From contig JARFOE010000001.1 of the NCBI GenBank assembly GCA_031763465.1, positions 15,000,300 through 15,062,208 of the forward strand: a DNA stretch of 61,909 nt, read 5' to 3'. Source of the stretch: Squatina squatina (taxonomy: Eukaryota). The notes below the pieces were generated by a model. That model ran no database searches, was not told where the DNA came from, and saw only the letters and a list, made by a program, of their open reading frames with translations. The position numbers were made by a program, and so were the translations under genes. Positions 24,560 through 36,420 of the stretch are shown here, piece after piece. How positions within the stretch are numbered: the stretch's first letter is position 1; each line of letters opens with the position of its first letter.

Positions 24560-26134
24560 NNNNNNNNNNNNNNNNNNNNNNNNNNNNNNNNNNNNNNNNN
24601 NNNNNNNNNNNNNNNNNNNNNNNNNNNNNNNNNNNNNNNNNNNNNNNNNNNNNNNNNNNGCACCACTTTCTATGTTTCTATGTTTCTATGTAACATATTT
24701 CACAAAAGTGTTCTTGTCAGATTTCTGAAGAAGCACTGAAATGTGTTTTGTCAAGTGGAGCCTGGGGACAAGATTATGTGCGTGACACAGGAAATTAATT
24801 CAAGCTAAATTAAAAGTAGCTTCATTCATCCACTGTATTTAAAGTTTCAGTGCAGCTCCAAACCAGGATTTGTCAGGAACTACTTAATCATATGTCTTGC
24901 TGGTTTGAGTTAGCAAATTTTATTTTTCAAAAATACGTCCTAGGTGGTAGGGTCACATTTAGTTTTTGTAGTATTGTGTAACACACAGCTGCAAAGTGGC
25001 CTGCCTCAAGCTTTCACTCAAGGTTTCGACTCTTTAAATCATGGTCACAGGCAGTGAATTTAGAATTGTACACAGTTCTGTAAATGGTACCCCTCCCCCA
25101 CACACACTCCCATGAGGAATGCAATTCTGGGGGGTTTCAAGTTGAATTTTTAAAATTAAAAATAGTTTTTACTTCACAATTGATACATTTTCACAATTGA
25201 TATATCTGTTTAAAGTTACAGAGCCAATTCTGCATTCTCACACACATTGCACATCACTAGCCTAAGTTTGCAAGGCAAGGTCATTTAAATTATTAGAGTA
25301 TGCTCCCTGTGCAAACTGGCTNNNNNNNNNNNNNNNNNNNNNNNNNNNNNNNNNNNNNNNNNNNNNNNNNNNNNNNNNNNNNNNNNNNNNNNNNNNNNNN
25401 NNNNNNNNNNNNNNNNNNNNNAGATCAACCTGAAGTCAAATTGAATCTAGAGGGCAGATTGTGCAAGGTGAAGCTCCCGGCATGGAGCTTTGCTCAATGG
25501 GAGCATGGATTTGATCACCACAGAGGTCAGCATGGATGATTCACGACACTTACAATTTTCCAATGATGATAATTCACACTTATGTGAGTAGACACAAGTA
25601 CATTTTATAGAGTTATAGTTTTGCAAACTATCGAATATATCCATTTTGATAAACTATTAAAAAGAATTATCCCCAAAAAAGAAATATTCAGAAAATGAGT
25701 TCAAAACTATTGGATGACCTCAGAACGGTTTTATCTCCCCAAACCTTCTACTATATGAATGGTTCATGAAAGGGAAAAATGCAGACTTTCATCAGACAAC
25801 AGCCTCACTGTGTAGTTTATGGCAAACCCAAACAGAATATGACAAGGTCAGATTGTAGAGGGCACCACATATCAAGAACTTGTCAAATCACAGAGTTTTA
25901 TAGAGAAAGTGTCAAGGGTTCCGCTTATCAGGTTTTAGAATGAACATTTTTGATTTGCTCAACTTCAAAGAAGGATCCTGAGATTCAAATAAAATCCATT
26001 TATCAGATTTCTAAACTACTCTTCACAGCTCTGACTGATAGAAATCCTTCAAAGTACCCAAATTTCCTGAATGTACAGATCACATCCAAGGATTGATGCA
26101 CTGTTGTATTTATGTGATTAATGTGCTTTACTGA

Positions 26135-26525
26135 TGTGGAGAAGTGTGAGGTCAGCCACTTTGGACCTAAGAAAGATAGATGAGAGTACTTTCTAAACGG
26201 TGAGAAGCGAGGAACTGTGGAGGAGCAGAGAGATCTAGGGGTCCAAGTATAGAAATCACTAAAGGACAGGACATAATATAATTTCAAAGGCTAATGGAAT
26301 ATTATCCTTTATCTCAACAGGGCTGGAATACTAAGCAGTGGAAGTTATGCTGCAGCTGTATAAAGCTTGGCTCAGACCCCATCTGGAGACTGTGTTCAGT
26401 CCTGAGCCCCGCACCTCAGGAAGGAGAGATTGGCCTCGGTGGGGAGCAGCGCAGGTTTATCAGAATTATATCGGGGCTAAAGGGGTTTAATTATGAGGAC
26501 AGGTTTCACAGACAGGGCTTATATT
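26135..26525 (+). mobile_element. CR1 LINE ORF2 C-terminal fragment
   Basis: EKCEVSHFG...EEQRDLGVQV...LQLYK...PHLE.CVQ...QRRFIRIISGLKGFNYEDR, spread over shifted frames. Confidence 0.85.
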
Positions 26526-26877
26526 CCAGTTTGGACCACAGCCTGTCAGGGGCATCGTGTGACATCAAAGATTCTTTGGTCTGTGATTTGTAACGGATAT
26601 TACAAATACCACATGCAGAGATGTCGTCTTTGATTTCAGCATTCATGCTAGGAATGGTATTAACATCTTTGGCTTAGCGCACACATGATTCAAACTAAAC
26701 ATGGCTTGAGTGGATTTTCTGCATTGTTTCTGCCCTCGTGTGTCGAGGGATGGTGCCTTTGTCCTTTTGACAGAACTTCATCCTTTGAACAAACAGTTTG
26801 TTTTGAAAATTCTAGTCCTCTTTAATCTCCGGGGGAAGCATCATTTTTTGCATTCTGGCCATCCAGTCTGAACAATG

Positions 26878-27789
26878 GGGCTGAATTTGCCTCTGACTTG
26901 CAAAACATCTACAAACTTACTTGGTGGTCCGGGAGGTCTGACAACTTGTGCTCTTGGGCCTCTATACGTAAAGGCCCACATCTCCCAGGGGTGCATGTGC
27001 ATGTGCATGTGATCGCGTGGGCTTGCTCAACGATTAAAAGAAGGAAATCTCTATGCATACTTATGGTGATTTCGTATGTACGGAACTCCCATAAGTATGA
27101 ATGGGGATCACATAAAAAATCTTTACACATCAAATAAATGTAAAAAAAAATTACATATTTAAAATTAATTAAAATGGCATTTAATTAAATATTTAGAACA
27201 AANNNNNNNNNNNNNNNNNNNNNNNNNNNNNNNNNNNNNNNNNNNNNNNNNNNNNNNNNNNNNNNNNNNNNNNNNNNNNNNNNNNNNNNNNNNNNNNNNN
27301 NNCCCCGAGTCTTTTCCCGAGTGGCGGGTGGCGGGGTGGGGAGGGGGAGTTGGGTGGTGGGGAAGCATTACAATTGAGACCTGGGGTCTGTTTTGACCTT
27401 TGGGTGGTGGTTGGCTGTGCAGTCCAGCAGCAAAGAGGCCCCCGCGAGTTTGAGGCCCCAGCCTCATTTATATCTGCCAGGTGAGCTGCAGGTTGCCAAC
27501 CAGGCTATAAAATGGCCAGGGTGTGTATCAGCAAGGTAAGTGGTGAAGTGGGGTGTTACGATTTCGGAAGGTGGGGGCCCTGGGGTAGCAGCAGCCCGAA
27601 TTACTGCTCATCCAGGGCCCACAAAAATCATTCCTATTTACACCACAGCACCTCGATTTGCCTATTAGAAGGGGCTTATTGCCTGAAACAGATGGGCTCT
27701 TTGGACACCCAGCTATTTTCAAAATGGAGCTAGCTGCAGCACCGGTAACACCCAGTTATCACCAGGCAAAGGCAGTGAAAATCAACCCC
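26878..27789. mobile_element. Harbinger-like MITE(s) with inverted termini, interrupted by a gap
   Basis: Left terminus ggggctgaattt (26877) and right terminus aaaatcaacccc (27778-27789) are approximately inverted; may be two copies joined across the gap. Confidence 0.5.
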
Positions 27790-27955
27790 ATTGGGTCAGG
27801 ACAGGATTGGCTGTGATACCCCTGTGGTTAAATAGTGCACCATAATTAATTACCTGGCCTCACACAGGCAGAATAGCCATGTAGGCGAGGTATTTAAGGC
27901 AACTGGCATCGGTCAAATTGCACCCCATCAAGGAGTTAACACCTTCATAAGAGCA
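27790..27955 (+). mobile_element. Old SINE-like repeat (family uncertain)
   Basis: ctcacacaggcagaatagccatgtaggcgaggtat resembles the reverse complement of gtaccttgtccaagtggccattttttatatgtgag at about 44436-44470. Confidence 0.4.
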
Positions 27956-28649
27956 AAACAGAAAAACAAGGCAATTTTTTTTTAATGCTGTATGAGATTC
28001 TTTGTGCATTCTCCCTCTCTTCAATTTTCCTTAATCTGTTCACTTTACCTATGTTATTGAAAGCCCTTATGATTTCATTACAATTCTCTAATGCTTCATA
28101 TGACAAAGTCTTAAACTTGGTCACAGCTGACAGCTTGTTACAAATAAACCTGCTGGCTAAGATATCTCATTGACCCACATAGGGTCTTGTTAATTATTCA
28201 TCAGTGCTTCTGCCTTATGCAGAGCAAAGATACAGGCATATTATGATTATCTGCATGGGGACCATGCCAATGTAAGAAAGTCCATTACTGCCTACTTCAG
28301 CGAGGGATAAAAATAATGTGTCTTGTCTGCCATCTCGGCTGCAGATGGATTGACTTCATGCTGTTTTTAAAAATAAATTGTCATCCTGCAAGAGGTTCTT
28401 TTTGTGATTTGTCATCAGTACTCTCTGAGCAATGGTAAAACCATTGATGATGGGTGGACATGCTTATTGCATCATTCAACTAAAAACTGGGCAAAGAAAT
28501 GAAAGATTAAGTCAGAGTCACATTCGTGAATCTTTTAGTTTCAATTCAATTTAATAGGGCAGTGCACAAGCCACATCACTTAAATTTTGTCACACTTTAG
28601 ATTTTTCCAGATTTTATTTTCATTTCTATACAGCTCCAGAACTGGAATA

Positions 28650-30231
28650 TAAAGAAAAAGTGCTGGAAAAACTCAGCAGGTCAGACAGCATCTGTGGAGA
28701 GGAAAACAGAGTTAACATTTCGGATCGATGACCCTTCATCAGAACTGAAAAAAGTCAGAAATACAAAACGTTTTAAAGCACTGACAGGGGAAGGTAAAGG
28801 GTGGGGGAGAGGGAAGAACAAAGGGTAAGATCATTGTGTGATTGTGTGGGAGGCAGAAGAGATTAAGAGATGATGCAAGGCAATCAGAGGTGGTAATGGC
28901 AACATTACGAAGCACATTACACCTAGATGGGGTGTAAACAGGGGAAAAAAACAGAAGCAGCCATGAGAGGGAAACGAAAAATAGACTTAATTTAAAAATT
29001 ATGAAAAAAATGATAGAGCAGAGGTTATGCTCTGAAATTGTTGAACTCAATGTTAAGACCAGAAGGCTGTAAAGTGCCTAATCAAAAGATGAGTTGCTGT
29101 TCCTCGTGCTTGCATTGAGTTTCACAGGAACAGTGTAACAGGCCAAAGACAGAAAGGTCAGAGTGGGAATGAAGCGGAGATTCAAAGTGACAGGCGACTG
29201 GAAGTTCGGGATCATGCTTACGGACTGATCGGAGGTGTTCTGCAAAGCAATCACCCAATCTACGTTTGGTCTCCCCTATGGAGACCACATCATGAGCAGC
29301 AAATACAATATACTACATTGAAAGAAGTACAAGTAAATCACTGTCTCACCTGGAAGGAATGTTTGGGGCCCTGGACAGTGGGAAGGGAGTAGCTAAAATG
29401 ACAGGTGTAGCGTCTGCTGCACTTGCATGGGAAGGTGGCATGGGAAGGGGAGAGGGAGCTAGGGGTGATGGAGGTTTGTACCAGTGTGTCGCGGAGGGAG
29501 TGGTCCCTTCGGAATGCTGAAAGGAGAGGGGAGGGAAAGATGTGTTTGGTCGTGGGATCGCGCTGGAGGTGGCGAGAATGGCAGTGGATGATCCGTTGAA
29601 TGTGGACGCTGGTGGCGTGAAAGGTGAGGACATGGGGAAACCTATCATGGTTCTGGGAGTGAGGAGAAGGGGTGAGGGCAGAGGTGCGGGAAACAGAATG
29701 GTCACGGTCAAGGGCCATGTCCACCATGGTAGAGGGGAATCCTCAGTTGAGGAAAAAGGAAGACATGTCAAAAGTGCTGGTTTGGAAGGTGGTATTGTCA
29801 CAACAAATGCGAAGGAGACGGAGGAACTGGGAGAATGGAATGGAGTCTTAACAGGAAGCGGGGTGGGAGGAAGTGTACTCTTGGTAGCTGTGAGAGTCAG
29901 TGGGCTCATAACAGATGTTTCTGAGGAGTCTATCCCCAGAAATGGAGACAGATAAGTTGAGGAAGGGAAGGGAAGAGTCAGAGATGGACTATTTGAAGGT
30001 GAGGGATGAGTGGAAATTGGAGGCAAAGTGAATGAAATTTTCTAATTCGGGATGAGAGCAGGAAACGGCACCGATACCATCATAAATGTACCAGGAAGAG
30101 TTTGGGGAGGGGGCCTGAGTAGGACAAAAACAAAGAATATTCCACATATCCCATGAAAAGGCAGGCATAGCTCGGACCCATGCGGGTGCCCATAGCAACA
30201 CCTTTAATTTGGAGGAAGTGAGTGGAGTCAA
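28650..30231 (-). mobile_element. Penelope-like retroelement (RT + GIY-YIG endonuclease), decayed, 5'-truncated by a gap
   Basis: Minus strand: [17 protein letters not shown] (RT), W-YIYD (degenerate YIDD), and NVVYCICCS*CGL..IGETKRRLGDCFAEHLRSVRK...PVACHF (GIY-YIG), with stops and frameshifts. The 3' terminal repeat contains a hammerhead. Confidence 0.92.
28707..28747 (-). ncRNA. Minimal type I hammerhead ribozyme motif in the Penelope terminal repeat
   Basis: Minus strand CAGTT-CTGATGA-A-GGGTC-ATC-GATCC-GAAA-TGTT-AACT; stem I AGTT/AACT, stem II GGGTC/GATCC. Confidence 0.75.
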
Positions 30232-31176
30232 NNNNNNNNNNNNNNNNNNNNNNNNNNNNNNNNNNNNNNNNNNNNNNNNNNNNNNNNNNNNNNNNNNNNN
30301 NNNNNNNNNNNNNNNNNNNNNNNNNNNNNNNAACACACTGATGTCACTTGCAAGCTGACCAGTTGCTATATATTTCCTTGAGCACAAAATCTGATCTAAC
30401 ACGTCAATGCAGTATGAAAGACTGCTAAAGTGTCAAAGGTTATGACTTTTGAGGAAATATTAATATGGTTCTATTTTGGGGTTCAGAATGCTTAGGACTA
30501 GAAATTGGACTTGGGCCTGTCAGTCCAAGAAGGTGGACAAGAGTGTGAAGTAGAGAACACCACTTTATCGTCATATCCACTTTTCATTAATGTCAGTGAA
30601 TAAAGGGAAATATTTCCCTAATTCGGCTCAGTATGTGATGAGGTTCACCCACTATGCGATGAAATATTGACTTCTAAAAAGCAGATATAAGAATTATATA
30701 TTAGAAAGATTACTTCATTTTGAGCCTAGCTTTTTTTCCCTGAATTGCCTGGAATTCAGGATACATTGTTGTGGGATTTAAACAATTACGGCTGCCTCCC
30801 TGAGATAATCTGAGGATAAAGAGCTGGTTCTGGTGGCTGGAGGCCTCAGAAGTGAAGATATCAGGCTCCTCATTGTAGTTTATACTTCCACTCACTGCTC
30901 TCAGCAACAGCAATTTCTGTTGTACATTTCAGAAAAGCAAATGCTTCATGTCTCAAAAGCACCTATGTGCCTGTGATTTTAATGTCCAATTATTATTCAC
31001 TTTCAGCATGATTACATATCTGCAATAGCTTCAGCAAAAATCTATAACATTTTGCAATCTAAAGCAAGTTTGCAGCNNNNNNNNNNNNNNNNNNNNNNNN
31101 NNNNNNNNNNNNNNNNNNNNNNNNNNNNNNNNNNNNNNNNNNNNNNNNNNNNNNNNNNNNNNNNNNNNNNNNNNNN

Positions 31177-31554
31177 CGCTCCTTTTGAAAATGATTTAAA
31201 CAATTTTATTTGTCATATTTTTAATGCCGGCCACCTGGTGCGTCTTTAAATGGTGCCCCATGAGCATCCGGCATCCCTGGGAACAACCCCTGCTGCAGGC
31301 TATGTCAGCGCCTGGCGAAACAGCAAGGGTCGCAAAGGAATTCAGCTGCTGGGTCGCTCAGGGGCAGCTGCGCACGGTGAAGGTGTCATCGCCACCGTGT
31401 GCCGCCGAGCGCAGTGCCTCAGGCCGGGAGCGGGGCGCTGCTTGTCAGCGCCGCCACTACCCAGCACCTGAATCCTGCAGCAGCCAGCTGATCATCCGGG
31501 GACCGCCTCCCATTGGTGCACCCCGGGCGAACACAAAAGCGGAATTTCGCCCCC
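31177..31554. mobile_element. CpG-rich Harbinger-like MITE, right end
   Basis: Ends ggaatttcgccccc, the inverse of the ggggccgaaatt/ggggtgaaatt termini at 39996, 51470 and 53412. Confidence 0.6.
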
Positions 31555-31574
31555 AATTCCAGTCGAAGTCTTCT

Positions 31575-31642
31575 CTGGGCTGGATCAGGCTCAACGGGCC
31601 AAATGGCCTCCTGCTGTGCTGTATCCATTCTATGATTCTATG
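31575..31642 (+). mobile_element. CR1 LINE extreme 3' end with (ATTCTATG)n tail
   Basis: gggccaaatggcctcctgctgtgctgtatccattctatgattctatg. Confidence 0.8.
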
Positions 31643-32132
31643 GGCACTTCTGCCTTGTGCTTATGTGAAAATGTGGTTTCCATAGCAGGTCCTTTGATCC
31701 AAAATTTGAATGCTTATACATGTTACATGTGGAGTAGCATGCCCAGGATTAACAATTGGCTGCTCTTTATAGTACAGTGTACAGCAGAGAGCAGATATTT
31801 TATTGTTACCTTCAAAAGGTGGGAAATACCATAGTATCATATCGATATATACAGGCTCAAACTAATAGATTTATTCACAGGTTTACGAATATATAGAAGC
31901 AGTGAAATCCTGAAGGGTATATTAAGGGTATACTTTACAACTTAAGCTACTAGCTTGGAGCTTTGCCGACCAAAGAGTGCGCGTTGTGAAATCGGGTGCG
32001 GAGGTCAGCATTGCCAATTCACAGCGCTCCTAATTTAGTGGTGATTAATGTTTATCACTGGAAAATTGGGATCACAATATATCTGGCGTGCTGACCTCCA
32101 AGCCTAATTTTCTGGTCCCTGTTCCTGTCAAG

Positions 32133-32330
32133 CGAGAGTCCACACAGAAGCACAGCCTCATCAAATTCATCCTTAACAGTTATGTCCCCTCCGCCCACAC
32201 AGGCAACAGTCATTCTCTGTTCTCCTAGCAACCTCAGTGCTAACAATAAAAACAGTTCCAGCAGTCGCAGCCATGACAACAATGTGAGCATCAAGGAGCT
32301 AATCAGTGCTTTCAGAAAACGCCATGATGG
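32133..32330 (+). CDS. Candidate unidentified coding exon (Ser/Asn-rich, 66 codons, phase 2-2)
   Basis: Pyrimidine tract + aag|CGAGAG...GATGG|gtaaat, 198 bp stop-free: ESPHRSTASSNSSLTVMSPPPTQATVILCSPSNLSANNKNSSSSRSHDNNVSIKELISAFRKRHDG. Protein not recognised. Confidence 0.4.
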
Positions 32331-32565
32331 GTAAATTTCTGTCTCCATGCTGGCAATGTGCCCTTCGCTTGCGTGTATCAGAAAACCACAGGTGCACTGC
32401 TAGTGACAACTACTTAAAAATTATCCCTTGAATATCAAAGCTGCTCCAATCCTCAGCATCACCACATTAAAATATCTGCCAGGCACACCAGCATCTATAA
32501 AGGATTGGACTCGTAAGGAGGAGATTCAAGTTTCCATTACACTCAAGTTCCCCAAAAAGATCAAA

Positions 32566-32795
32566 GGGCATATTTTCCCGTTAATACACTTGGGCATATT
32601 GAATTGCCTGAGCAAGGCACAGAGCAAAATATGACTGGAAGAACCACACTCCTGATTTTCCATCCACTTCAGTTAGTGGACAGAAGATCGATTGTGCTGC
32701 GTTAAGGGTGTGTGATCCTTCCTACCCAATTTTCATCTCTGCGCTGTGCCCAGGTGATTCAATACACCCAAACTCAATTACAGGAAAATCCAGCC
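32566..32795. mobile_element. Fully palindromic MITE (about 230 bp)
   Basis: ttgggcatattgaattgcctgagcaaggcacagag pairs with ctctgcgctgtgcccaggtgattcaatacacccaa; termini gggcatattttcc / ggaaaatccagcc. Confidence 0.75.
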
Positions 32796-35700
32796 GAAAT
32801 ATCATTAATCTCAGATGGTTTATTTGTCGGAGCAAAGGAAAACTGCTGGAGCAATCCTTTTCTGCACAACCGCTGAATGAGTAAGAAGTAGTTTAAATAC
32901 ATCAATGTACTGTTTCACATCTTGGACTACCCCTCCTGACCANNNNNNNNNNNNNNNNNNNNNNNNNNNNNNNNNNNNNNNNNNNNNNNNNNNNNNNNNN
33001 NNNNNNNNNNNNNNNNNNNNNNNNNNNNNNNNNNNNNNNNNNACCTAACATCATTGTGGGAATATCATTGCAATGTTTCAAAGAGAAAGTCTACTTCTAC
33101 CTTCTTAGGGTAATCAAGGATGGTTCAGATGGTCAGCTAGGTAGCTGTTAAATGTACAAAAAGAACTAGCTATTTAGATTATTTATTTGCAACAATATTG
33201 ACTATGCTGTGGATTAACTTGCTTAATTGAAGGTTCTATGTATAAAGCTGTTTAACCTATATCATCAAATTTGTAGGAGTACTGAATTCTGCTATATTGT
33301 ATACGTTATGAATGCATTTACCTCTTTGCTTGGTGAAACTGAAGCTGGAGGTAGTAGGGAATCCCTGCCCAGGTCTACACCATAAGACTGGATTCAAGTA
33401 GTTTCAGGCTATAGGTACTTTAAGAATAGTCCAAGAAATTTAGCTTAAGCCCGTAATAGAGACCCGTTATAAGCCCATTAAACTAAATGATTACTGTATT
33501 CGAATTGCAGATGGCATGAATTTTGTCTTTCTAGATGAAAGAACTCTCTAAAATTTTAATATAATTATATGTGTAACTTCAGAAGCTTCTCAGAAATGCA
33601 GAATAAAATGGCAGGATATAAGATGAATTGTTTTGATTTTCAGAATTTCTATCTGATTTCTACTTAAATATCATTTTTTTCAGAAGTGTGACTACATTAG
33701 TTGGTTACAGTCAACCATTTAACATTTTATGGAGACCTTGAAAGAAGAACTTGCCAATTTCTGATGATATTTATAGGTTGTCTAATGCTCCACAGATTTA
33801 CTACTAAGTCAAAATGCTATTAGAGTCGTTCCTTCCAGCCATGGATTCTGTTTAGAAATGAGATCCTGGATCTTGCTTTTAACACATATGTCAAATTCTT
33901 ATCATTNNNNNNNNNNNNNNNNNNNNNNNNNNNNNNNNNNNNNNNNNNNNNNNNNNNNNNNNNNNNNNNNNNNNNNNNNNNNNNNNNNNNNNNNNNNNNN
34001 NNNNNNGTATGTAGATGTTCAAAATGACCTCCAGCATTCATTCTTGTTGCTATGGTGAGCTATCCTCTGCTGTGTGGTCTTTTGCCATATGCACTTTTAT
34101 GAATCTTTTTTCTTCAGACATGTTGGAGCCGATTTAGTATCAGGCTTTGTTTATCAAACTAATTAAGAGCACACAGCAGCATATCAATGGGTGTTAAAAA
34201 GTTTCTGTGAGAATAAACTTCTATTTGTTAGCCCCAATATTGAGTATTGTAGTAGGATTAAATGTTATGCTGAAACACTCATATAACATGCTGATCGATG
34301 GCTTGTCAAATATAATAAATGCAGTCTTGCCAGCATCACCCACGTCTCAAGAAAAAATATTTTAAAAATACATCCCAAAAGTCTAAACCATTTCCATAAA
34401 TAGAAGATTTTTCAATTAGCAATTACAGGGAATTAATGTTTGAGGAAATGTTTCCTTTTAACGAATGCCACCATCAACATTACTGCCTGTAATTGGCATG
34501 TATTGTGCTAATTTGCTTCTGCATATTTGGTGTATTTAAGCAGGACTATCCACAACATTTGTTGCTACTAAATATGGAGAACCCATGAGAAAAATCATGT
34601 GGAATAGTCACTTGCAAACATTTTCATATTATGCAAATTCATAAAGATCCTATCACTCTATTGCTCTATGCTATCAGTTGAGTAGCTCTTGCACATAATA
34701 TTGTGCTTTTAATATTACAACGTAGTCAAATATGGCTGTCTTCATAAATTAGGGCCTGGTAGCTGACAGTTATGAACCATAACACAAATTACAACATTAC
34801 ATGCAGCATGAACCTATGTGTTTGTGAACTCCTTTCGTGCAAGGTCAGTTGTAATTATAATTTTCAACCTGAGAGACTTTTATTCCAAACCCGTTCATCA
34901 CCGGCTGATTTGACAATAGTTACATCTCAAGGTTTATAAAGGTCAATAAACTTATGATAGTGTAAATCAGTATGTCAGTAAGAATTAAACCAAAGTTTAG
35001 GATCAGCCATAGTAACCTTACTTAGCAGAGCTAGTATTGCACTCAGGAGTAGAAAATGGTATGCATTACGCCCATCCTTTGGGCATGAAATGGGTGCAAA
35101 GCTCTCCAAAGTGAAGTGTGTTGTTAGTACTCAATATGCCATAGTTATTGCCCAGGTAGTTGTAACAATGCCTGCATATATGGCTGGTGGCATCCTGCAT
35201 GTATGGCCAATTGGACTCTGCCTGCTGTTGATCACCCTGGCATAACTTCTTTCATGCAGTGCCAGTGGGGGTATAACAAACCGTGCTTGGGTGCATCCAC
35301 AGTTCGGCATAACTTGTTTGTGCTATCTGGTTTGCTGCTGCAACTTCATTTGATAATAGGAGCTTCTGCATGCACGACTCCCCTGCCAGAGTGAGATCTG
35401 AGCATCCCTGTAGATGTGGGTGTGCAGGTATTAGGCATCGAGCATCTCTGCTGCCCCCCTGGTACCCCTTTGCTGCCTCTCCTCTACTTCATCCAAATGG
35501 CACCTTGCTGACTGGTATTATTACATGTGGTTACAGGCTGTAACGATGTTATACTTGGGGTAAACACACAGTGATACATTTATACTGCCGATCATCAAGT
35601 TCAGAGGAAGAAAGTTAGTAACGTTCCCCAGCAGGATCAGCTATGCATTTATACCAAAGTACAGGTATAGCTTTGTGCTCAATCTTAGTGCAGTCATGTA

Positions 35701-35949
35701 ATGCAAAGTATACATCTGTAATCTGTTACAGGTCTTTTTTTTTGTAAGCAAAAAGAAAACACAATAAGGAAAAAGTGTCACTATATAAAGTTATTTTCCA
35801 AACATGCTTTCTCCTGGCATATTGCCGGGCAGTGGGTTAATATTGTGATGTGTGATATTCGTATTAACATATTCATACAAAATTCTTCTCCTATTTTAAT
35901 AGACAGATTAATTTATTTAAAACAAATGGATAAACATCATCCTTGCAAT

Positions 35950-36073
35950 ATAAACAAAAAATGCTGGAAAAACTCAGCAGGTCAGGCAGCGTCTGTGGAG
36001 AGAAAAACAGAGTTAACATTTCAGGTTGATGACCCTTCGTCAGATCTGAAAAAAGCCAGAAATGCAGCAGGTT
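35950..36073 (-). mobile_element. Penelope terminal-repeat fragment with hammerhead motif (36008-36048)
   Basis: Near-identical to 28655-28760. Minus strand CAGAT-CTGACGA-A-GGGTC-ATC-AACCT-GAAA-TGTT-AACT. Confidence 0.8.
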
Positions 36074-36174
36074 NNNNNNNNNNNNNNNNNNNNNNNNNNN
36101 NNNNNNNNNNNNNNNNNNNNNNNNNNNNNNNNNNNNNNNNNNNNNNNNNNNNNNNNNNNNNNNNNNNNNNNNNT

Positions 36175-36420
36175 CTAGTAACATAATGACTACGCTACTG
36201 TCCCTCACAGCCTCAGCTATCTAGCCACCATGCTCACTCACCCTCATCCTTATGCAATGTCATGCCTCTCCCTCATAGTCACCCTCAAAAGTGCACTCCA
36301 TCCATCAGATGAACACAGGCCATGACACTCACTCATAGATCTGTTCTTTCCCTCCTTGCAGAAGGGAGCACAGAACACCAGGGAGAGAGAGAGAACTGGA
36401 GGCATCCTCCACAGATATTG
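36175..36420 (+). mobile_element. Harbinger ORF2 intron plus second-exon fragment
   Basis: ttccctccttgcag|AAG...: KGAQNTRERERTGG (the ...TGGG motif that follows Myb/SANT domains). The intron segment cactcaccctcatcct recurs at 60413. Confidence 0.6.

Noticed and set aside
29346-30026. 226-aa Pro/Ser/Thr-rich minus ORF and the 137-aa antisense ORF at 29542
   Set aside because: Off-frame and antisense readings of the Penelope RT region.
30710-30916. Minus-strand 68-codon frame following a cag acceptor
   Set aside because: Weak pyrimidine tract and no recognisable protein similarity.
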